A stretch of 64,000 nt of DNA from Eubacteriales bacterium (lineage in GTDB: Bacteria; Bacillota; Clostridia; Oscillospirales; CAG-272): contig JAZQZG010000033.1 of the NCBI GenBank assembly GCA_045633925.1, positions 3,032-67,031 on the forward strand, given 5' to 3'. The notes beneath the pieces were generated by a model. It worked only from the letters and a program-made list of their open reading frames with translations. It did no database searches and was not told where the DNA came from. Below, in pieces: positions 58,241 through 64,000 of this stretch (its first letter is position 1; each line of letters starts with the position of its first letter). A program made the translations under genes and the position numbers.

Positions 58241-59173
58241 ATGATTTGTAATACGATTCTTGATGCAATGGGGAACACTCCTATAATAAGACTTAATCAT
58301 ATGAGCGACCCTGATGCGGCTCAGATTTTGGTTAAATTTGAGGGACTTAACGTGGGAGGCTCGATAAAGACGAGAACGGCGTATAATATGATACTCGATG
58401 CCGAGAGCCGTGGCTTGATAAATAAGGATACCGTAATAGTTGAGCCCACAAGTGGAAATCAGGGCATAGGTCTTGCTCTCGTTGGCGCTGTTAGAGGATA
58501 CAAGGTAAAGATAATTATGCCCGACTCGGTAAGCGAGGAGCGCAGAAAGCTTGTAAATCATTACGGAGCTGAGGTTATCTTGGTTCACGATAACGGAAAT
58601 ATAGGACTATGTATCGAGGAGTGCCTGCGTTTGGCACTGGAGATGAGAGATTCCTCTCCAAATGTTTTTGTTCCCCAACAGTTTGAAAATCTTGCAAACC
58701 CTGAGATACAGAGAATTTGCACGGGCAGAGAGATACTCGATCAGGTTGACGGCCCTATACACGGATTTTGCTCGGGTATAGGTACGGGCGGCACGATCAC
58801 GGGAATAGGCGAGACGCTCAAGGCGGCAAATCCCGAGATGACTATCTGGGCTGTTGAGCCCGAGAATGCGGCTATTTTATCCGGTGGATCTATAGGTACT
58901 CACGTGCAGATGGGAATTGGAGACGGACTCATTCCCTCGATACTTAATCAAGAGATATACGATGACGTTTGCATAATCAGTGACGAGGAGGCTATTCGGG
59001 CGTCCAAGGATCTTGCTCGTTTTGAGGGAATTATGTGCGGAATAAGCAGCGGTACCAACGTAGCGGCTGCGATGAAGCTTGCAAAGAAGCTCGGTAAGGG
59101 TAAGACCGTTGTCACGGTTCTGCCGGATACAGCGGAGAGATATTTCTCAACGCCTCTTTTTGAAGAATTATGA
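58241..59173 (+). CDS. Cysteine synthase/O-acetylserine sulfhydrylase family PLP enzyme (divergent CysK paralogue)
   Basis: Motifs ...NVGGSIKTRTA... (PLP lysine; canonical is GGSVKDRIA), ...PTSGNQGIGLA..., ...GIGTGGTITG..., ...GISSG...; 310 aa. Confidence 0.75.
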   Translation: MICNTILDAMGNTPIIRLNHMSDPDAAQILVKFEGLNVGGSIKTRTAYNMILDAESRGLINKDTVIVEPTSGNQGIGLALVGAVRGYKVKIIMPDSVSEERRKLVNHYGAEVILVHDNGNIGLCIEECLRLALEMRDSSPNVFVPQQFENLANPEIQRICTGREILDQVDGPIHGFCSGIGTGGTITGIGETLKAANPEMTIWAVEPENAAILSGGSIGTHVQMGIGDGLIPSILNQEIYDDVCIISDEEAIRASKDLARFEGIMCGISSGTNVAAAMKLAKKLGKGKTVVTVLPDTAERYFSTPLFEEL

Positions 59174-59778
59174 TAAAGATATATATATCGAGACTTCCAA
59201 AGAGCGAGTCGGAAAAACCACTGCTTTGCAAGGAGCGTCGCGAAGAGGTAGAGAAGATATCAAATGAGCGTGTAAGACGTGAGAAATATTACGTGTGGAG
59301 ACTTCTTGAGTATGCTGTGAAGGCTGGCTTTGATAAGGATCCCGAGAGTGTTCGATTTGTAAAAGCGAAGAGCGGAAAATGGTTCTGCAAGGATCTTGAA
59401 TTTTCAATTTCTCACAGCACGGATGCAATAGCTGTTGCTGTGTCGGATAATTCTGTAGGAATCGATGTGGAGAGAATACGCGTAAAGCGTTCTCATAAGC
59501 TTGCAGAATATATTTTGACGGAGAGGGAGCTCTTTGAATATTCCGACGTTCCGGACGAGAAGAGCGAGGATTATATAGTTCGTAAATGGTGTCAAAAGGA
59601 AGCTGTTTTCAAGTCCTTGAACAAGGCAAAGTTTAAGCCGAGTGAGATAGAAACAGCGGAGTATTTTTGCTTTACAAAGGCTTTTGATATAGGTGAGGAG
59701 AGGTATATCCTTGCGGCGGCTGCAGAGACTCGACAGACCGTTGAGGTGTTCGAGCTTTACGATCTTTTTGATAATTGA
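59170..59778 (+). CDS. Sfp-type 4'-phosphopantetheinyl transferase
   Basis: Motifs ...FSISHS......GIDVERI... and ...W.QKEAVFKS...; 202 aa. The ATGA start/stop overlap with the upstream gene implies translational coupling. Confidence 0.8.
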   Translation: MIKIYISRLPKSESEKPLLCKERREEVEKISNERVRREKYYVWRLLEYAVKAGFDKDPESVRFVKAKSGKWFCKDLEFSISHSTDAIAVAVSDNSVGIDVERIRVKRSHKLAEYILTERELFEYSDVPDEKSEDYIVRKWCQKEAVFKSLNKAKFKPSEIETAEYFCFTKAFDIGEERYILAAAAETRQTVEVFELYDLFDN

Positions 59779-59802
59779 TAGTTGATTTTGAAAGGATTTT
59801 TT

Positions 59803-61110
59803 ATGGAAAAGAAGAGGAAATTAGGGCCTAAATTTTGGCTTGCATTGACGATATTCAGCCTTATGGGTCAGGTTGCGTGGGTTATTGAGAATATGTATCT
59901 TAACGTATTTATATACGAGAAATTCAGCGCATCCTCCGATGATATCGCCATGATGGTAGCGGCATCCGCAATTACAGCAACGCTCACAACGGTGTTTATG
60001 GGAGCGCTTTCCGACAGAATAGGAAAGAGAAGGCTGTTTATATGCGGAGGATATATACTTTGGGGATTGTCGATATTCAGCTTTGTTATCGTTGATCAGT
60101 TCGTAACCGCGGCACTTCTTGGTATAACTCTTACAATATTGCTTGACTGTATGATGACCTTCTTCGGTTCAACGGCAAACGATGCATCCTTTAATGCGTG
60201 GCTCACCGATTCAACCGATTCCTCAAATCGAGGAAAAGCAGAGGGTATCAATGCTATGATGCCTCTCGTTGCAGTTCTTGCTGTTTTCGGTGGATTTATG
60301 TTCTTGAATTCCGAAAACGAATTTTATTGGACGATCATATTCTCAATTATAGGTGTTCTCACGCTTGTAATTGGTGTGGTAGGATTCTTCCTTATCAAGG
60401 AGCCTAAGCTTGAAAAGGCAGAGATGGGGTATTTTGACAGCATTTTGTATGGATTTAAGCCGAGCACAGTGAAGAAGACTCCCGTGCTTTATATTGCTCT
60501 TGCGGCGTTTATAATCTTTAATATTTCGATACAGATATTTATGCCCTACTTGATAATATATTATGAGCAGTCGCTCCAAATGGAAAATTACGTGCTTGTA
60601 ATGGCACCTGCAATAGTTCTTGCATCGGTTGTTACGGCATTTTGGGGTAAGCTTTATGATAGCAAGGGCTTTACATTCTCGGGCATTTTGTCGCTTATAA
60701 TGCTTCTCGTGGGATATGCAATATTGTTCTTTACCACAACAATGGTGCCCGTGTTTATCGGATCATTCTTGATGATGAGCGGATATCTTTCGGGTATGGC
60801 GGTGTTTGGCGCGCTTATTCGTGACAATACGCCAAGAGGAAAGGCAGGATGCTTGCAGGGCATAAGAATTTTCTCTCAGGTTTTGGTTCCTGGAATAGTA
60901 GGACCGTTTATCGGAAGCGCAGTATTGAGTAATGCGGCAGAGATAATTAACAGTGATGGAACAACTTCCTTCGTGCCAAACGAGAACATCTTCCTTGCGG
61001 CGGCGCTTGTTGCAATTCCTGTTTTTGCTGTGTTTTTCATAGTAAGAATGAAAAAATTCCGCAAGACAAAGGAAGCGCTTGAAGAAATCAATATAAGTGT
61101 TGAAGAATAA
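59803..61110 (+). CDS. MFS transporter (12 TM helices)
   Basis: ...GALSDRIGKRR... loop 2-3 motif and a 12-TM hydropathy profile. Start at ATG 59803 after AAAGGA. Confidence 0.8.
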   Translation: MEKKRKLGPKFWLALTIFSLMGQVAWVIENMYLNVFIYEKFSASSDDIAMMVAASAITATLTTVFMGALSDRIGKRRLFICGGYILWGLSIFSFVIVDQFVTAALLGITLTILLDCMMTFFGSTANDASFNAWLTDSTDSSNRGKAEGINAMMPLVAVLAVFGGFMFLNSENEFYWTIIFSIIGVLTLVIGVVGFFLIKEPKLEKAEMGYFDSILYGFKPSTVKKTPVLYIALAAFIIFNISIQIFMPYLIIYYEQSLQMENYVLVMAPAIVLASVVTAFWGKLYDSKGFTFSGILSLIMLLVGYAILFFTTTMVPVFIGSFLMMSGYLSGMAVFGALIRDNTPRGKAGCLQGIRIFSQVLVPGIVGPFIGSAVLSNAAEIINSDGTTSFVPNENIFLAAALVAIPVFAVFFIVRMKKFRKTKEALEEINISVEE

Positions 61111-61111
61111 T

Positions 61112-61152
61112 AAAAAACGCTTTACTATCAAAATGATAGTAAAGCGTTTTTG
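61112..61152. terminator. Bidirectional intrinsic terminator
   Basis: Stem aaacgctttactatca / tgatagtaaagcgttt, 16 bp, with flanking A- and T-runs. Confidence 0.85.
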
Positions 61153-61167
61153 GTTTTAAATTCAACG

Positions 61168-62595
61168 TTAAATGTCATCCTCGCGGCGAGGCTTAACCTT
61201 GTAGAAATCAAGCATAGGAATAATAACGAGAGCCGCAAGACCTGCGGTAAATCCGCCGTTGTAAAGAACGAATCCGCCGTGCATATCGGCTGTAACAGTG
61301 CAGATAATAGCGCTTAGCAGTCCTGCAATGATTCCGTAGCGAATGCCGTATTTTCCTGCAATGGGGCAAAGTCCCGTTGCAAAGGCAAGACCGTTTATAT
61401 AAGCCTGCGTGGAGAGAGTCCACGGTATTTCAAGTCCTGCAAGCAGACAAATGCCAACAACGATAGCAAACAGAAGAATGTATCCGATAACAACGGGGAA
61501 TACGTTTCTTATGTGCTGACCGTCAGCCGCAAATGTGAGCGCCGCAAATACAACGCCGACCGTAGGACCTGTAAAGCCTACGCCCTCAGGCAGAGAAGGG
61601 AATATTTCAGGCAATATGAATATCAAATTCATATAGGCGATGATGCAGAGACCGTAGATAGCAATATTTATCAAGCAGAGGGGCATTCCGAATTTGTCCG
61701 AGAAATCCGTTCCGTAGCCTGTGCATTTCAAAAGCTTGCCGTATCCGCGCATTTTTCTTTGGTTCATAAAGAATCCAATAATAAATGTGATTGCAAACAG
61801 GGCAATAAAGAAAACGTTCATAAAGCCTCGGTAAGCATAGGGAAGAGCGAAATACTCGGGATTGCTTATTACCATATCCGCAGGAGTGTTTATTCCAAGG
61901 GTACTGTACATAAAAGCGTAGATGAATATTCCGAGAATACCTATAGCAAGGCCCGCCTTGTAAAGACAGAAGCCTCTGTGAATAGCCGTGGTAGGTGGTA
62001 ATAGAGGCATTACGGCAAAGCCTATTGTTATACCGCAAACGATCGCTAAGGCTATACCGAGCCAGGTGAACTGTGGTGTATTGATGTTGAAGTTTGATAT
62101 GGTGTATCTGAAGAGAAGCTCGCTGACAAAGGGGGCAAGAGCTGTAGCGAAGAACGCAATGTGAATGTTCTTTGCAATTCGCTTTTTCATAACGAGGCAG
62201 TAGAGAATAACACCGATAAAGGGCGGCCACATGTTAATAAAATTAAGTCCGTAGAAGCCGTGAGCGATGATTAGAAGATAGCCTGCAAAGGTTGTAGCAT
62301 TAGTCTGTACCTTGCATACGTATATGATGATGTTAGTCAAAAGACCGCAGATAGCTACGTTGAAGAGCGTGCTGCCAAGACCGCCGAGTGCAAAATAGTC
62401 GGTCACAAGCCTTGAGGGGGAAGAGAGTATACGCCAAAGATTTTGAAGAAAATCCCATTCCTTTGTGTAAACTACGGCAATCGGTACTGCAGCCAAGAAA
62501 AATAGACTTAAAAACAGAGCGTATGCACGTATAGAGCGCTCTGTCAGAGCGTGCATTTTTTCATCTGTTTGAGGGAGATTCGATGCTTGAGTCAT
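61168..62595 (-). CDS. Polytopic membrane protein of unknown function (possibly a DUF1576-type family)
   Basis: At least 12 predicted TM helices; no transporter signature recognised. Start at ATG 62595 after AAAGGA. Confidence 0.45.
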   Translation of the reverse strand: MTQASNLPQTDEKMHALTERSIRAYALFLSLFFLAAVPIAVVYTKEWDFLQNLWRILSSPSRLVTDYFALGGLGSTLFNVAICGLLTNIIIYVCKVQTNATTFAGYLLIIAHGFYGLNFINMWPPFIGVILYCLVMKKRIAKNIHIAFFATALAPFVSELLFRYTISNFNINTPQFTWLGIALAIVCGITIGFAVMPLLPPTTAIHRGFCLYKAGLAIGILGIFIYAFMYSTLGINTPADMVISNPEYFALPYAYRGFMNVFFIALFAITFIIGFFMNQRKMRGYGKLLKCTGYGTDFSDKFGMPLCLINIAIYGLCIIAYMNLIFILPEIFPSLPEGVGFTGPTVGVVFAALTFAADGQHIRNVFPVVIGYILLFAIVVGICLLAGLEIPWTLSTQAYINGLAFATGLCPIAGKYGIRYGIIAGLLSAIICTVTADMHGGFVLYNGGFTAGLAALVIIPMLDFYKVKPRREDDI

Positions 62596-62654
62596 TTTTG
62601 ATCGATCCTTTTTGTTTTTATTCCTTTTTACAGTGGATATAAATATATATTTAC

Positions 62655-62683
62655 ATTTTAGCACAAAATATGTCGTTTGTAAA
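62655..62683 (-). promoter_or_regulatory. Sigma-A-type promoter for the membrane-protein gene
   Basis: Minus strand: TTTACA (62678-62683), 17-nt spacer ending in TGC, TAAAAT (62655-62660). Confidence 0.5.
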
Positions 62684-62750
62684 TAGGAATACGGCTTATT
62701 TGAGTGGGAATATAGATAATAAAATACAAAGTGATATTTTTAAGATATAT

Positions 62751-62786
62751 AAAAGCATCCTTGGAACGGGTTCCGAGGATGCTTTT
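62751..62786. terminator. Bidirectional intrinsic terminator closing the DUF4177-like/YbjQ-like cassette
   Basis: Sequence aaaagcatccttggaac-gg-gttccgaggatgctttt. Confidence 0.8.
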
Positions 62787-62814
62787 GCATTGTAACTTAT
62801 GTAAAAAATTGATT

Positions 62815-63117
62815 TTATTGCTTTTTGCTGATTTCTTCGTAAAGCTCTGCTGGAATTATAGCGGCAAATCCTTTACCCCAAAAAGCAACGTCGTCGATTG
62901 CCAACCATCTGCTTTTTTGTCCGTAGGTGAACTCTATCACAGCATTGCATCCCTGTGCTTTTGCCTGCTGCACAAGAGCATTTTTTACGTCACGGAGAGA
63001 TTTAAGTTGCGCACCGAATTTGAAGCTCAAATCAACAGCAACAGGCTGAATTTTTTGAGCCTGGGGACATCCGCCCTCAATAAATGCGATTCCATCATAA
63101 ATAGTAGAAAAAGCCAT
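62815..63117 (-). CDS. Small cytoplasmic protein with weak YbjQ/DUF74-like similarity
   Basis: ...ALVQQAKAQGCNAVIEFTY... resembles the YbjQ-family ...A..LGA(N/D)AV(V/I).... Its ATG overlaps the upstream TAA (TAATG); 100 aa. Confidence 0.35.
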   Translation of the reverse strand: MAFSTIYDGIAFIEGGCPQAQKIQPVAVDLSFKFGAQLKSLRDVKNALVQQAKAQGCNAVIEFTYGQKSRWLAIDDVAFWGKGFAAIIPAELYEEISKKQ

Positions 63118-63311
63118 TATGCGTCACGCTCCATTACAGCAATAAATTCTTGTCTGTTTCCGCCAAATGCGCCGGGAACGTCTGCGGTTGCGCAGCTAAT
63201 TAAGCGCCAGCCTTGTTCTGCATAAGCATTCAATGCGTCCTCCAATTTAGAAGGGTCAAACTTTCCGGAAAACCATTTGTCTTTTTGTGTTAAAACCTTA
63301 TATTCTTTCAT
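63117..63311 (-). CDS. DUF4177-like small protein
   Basis: A 64-aa protein, MKEYKVL......L..A.N.YA.QGWRL.......; its size and the GW(R/E)L motif are as I recall for DUF4177. RBS AAAGGA. Confidence 0.5.
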   Translation of the reverse strand: MKEYKVLTQKDKWFSGKFDPSKLEDALNAYAEQGWRLISCATADVPGAFGGNRQEFIAVMERDA

Positions 63312-63371
63312 AGTGTAGAATCCTTTCTTTGAATGTTTAAAACGTTTTTTAAATGAGTATTTACTGAATTT

Positions 63372-63400
63372 ATTTTAACATTTTTAAGGGGTGTTGTCAA
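63372..63400 (-). promoter_or_regulatory. Sigma-A-type promoter for the two-gene cassette
   Basis: Minus strand: TTGACA (63395-63400), 17-nt spacer, TAAAAT (63372-63377). Confidence 0.55.
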
Positions 63401-63534
63401 TACGTTTTATTAAATATTTGTTAAGGGTAGTGAGGGCTGGTAAAGCCTTTGTCGATGCGCTTTTCGAGTCGAGTGCGATAGTCATATCTAAAGCTTTTTG
63501 AGACCACCAGCATTGCTGGTGGTTTTCTGGATAC

Positions 63535-63572
63535 AAAAATAAAAGCAGTCCGTGTGGACTGATTTTGTTTTG
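63535..63572. terminator. Bidirectional terminator-like hairpin in the long intergenic region
   Basis: Stem cagtcc-gtgt-ggactg (63546-63561), flanked by aaaaataaaag upstream and attttgtttt downstream. Confidence 0.55.
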
Positions 63573-63624
63573 CCAAAGAACGACTAAAAGGTGCGTGAAG
63601 TGGGGCAAGAACGACCCAAAGTGC
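63536..63624 (-). ncRNA. Candidate small RNA of about 90 nt (hypothetical)
   Basis: Minus strand: extended -10 TGaTATAAT (63630-63638); a 5' stem GGUGC/GCACC (63623-63627 pairing with 63590-63594); two GUCGUUCUU motifs; the terminator hairpin above plus a U-run. No ORF. Orientation and ends are unverified. Confidence 0.3.
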
Positions 63625-63763
63625 ACCAGATTATATCACCATATTGTTGGCACTCTATCGATGTAAGATAACGATTGAACTTTGAGAGAAAACAGAAAAG
63701 TTTCCGAATAGCACCAGGGTACGATGCTGTTCGGGAAGCTTTTAGGTTGTTCATGTTTTGGGG

Positions 63764-63792
63764 TTGAAAACAAGGGTAAATTGTGGTATAAT
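63764..63792 (+). promoter_or_regulatory. Sigma-A-type promoter (extended -10) for the right-edge gene
   Basis: TTGAAA (63764-63769), 17-nt spacer ending in TGG, TATAAT (63787-63792); RBS GGAGG lies 7 nt before the ATG. Confidence 0.6.
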
Positions 63793-63826
63793 AACCTAAC
63801 AGCATAAAACTATGGAGGATATACAA

Positions 63827-64000
63827 TGAAAAAACATTTTTTAACCTTTATGACAAACGAAGGTATGACCAAAGGAGCAAAAGACTGCTATTGTACGTAC
63901 GTCAATAAGGCGTATGAATTATTTTCAAAGCCCCATATATTAAAAACATATCCCACAATATATGATCGTATGCTTGATTTAACAAAACGATCTAGAATGA
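63827..64000 (+). CDS. Hypothetical protein, 3' end cut by the window edge (58 codons visible), AT-rich with atypical codon usage
   Basis: MKKHFLTFMTNEGMTKGAKDCYCTYVNKAYELFSKPHILKTYPTIYDRMLDLTKRSRM...; open to nt 64000. Strong promoter and RBS. No family recognised. Confidence 0.6.

Noticed and set aside
62731-63225. 164-aa plus-strand ORF opposite the YbjQ-like/DUF4177-like cassette
   Set aside because: It starts inside the bidirectional terminator and has no RBS. The minus-strand genes have a promoter, RBSs and coupled start/stop codons.
63441-63540. tRNA or tmRNA-like element (ttcgagtc resembles a T-loop) as a possible integration target
   Set aside because: No flanking 5-bp T-stem, acceptor stem or anticodon arm can be built on either strand.

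Overview
This 64-kb chromosomal window comes from a low-GC Gram-positive anaerobe. Gene order (dgt-dnaG-sigA; ylmE-sepF-ylmG-ylmH-lspA-rluD), lipoprotein lipoboxes, an L-box riboswitch and a strong CTT/AAG/GAG codon bias suggest Clostridia, possibly Oscillospiraceae/Ruminococcus-like; the taxon is inference only. About 53 tightly packed CDSs are present, and most are housekeeping genes. They include lysC, dGTPase-dnaG-rpoD, dapA-dapB behind a lysine riboswitch, queA, miaA, the tail of the division cluster, aconitase-icd, proS, a SEDS protein, ogg, and several ABC/MFS transporters. A small carbohydrate block holds a mutarotase-like gene, a GH94-like phosphorylase and a GH2. The left edge cuts a very large repeat-rich surface protein. 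Sigma-A-type promoters (TTGACA/T-N17-TATAAT/TAAAAT) and intrinsic terminators delimit nearly every transcription unit. I saw no rRNA, tRNA, CRISPR array, transposase, integrase or phage gene, and I cannot point to a convincing novel multi-gene system inside the window. The items most worth a second look are these. (1) The non-LPXTG, Cys-containing C-terminal sorting-like tail of the surface protein. (2) A 515-bp hairpin-rich intergenic region at 63.3-63.8 kb with a candidate small RNA, lying where codon usage shifts, so an accessory segment may start at the right edge. (3) A translationally coupled DUF4177-like/YbjQ-like two-gene cassette. (4) A CysK-like/Sfp-type PPTase/MFS trio. (5) An orphan Crh-like HPr homologue that lacks His15. 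All functional calls rest on motif recognition by eye; no database search was run.
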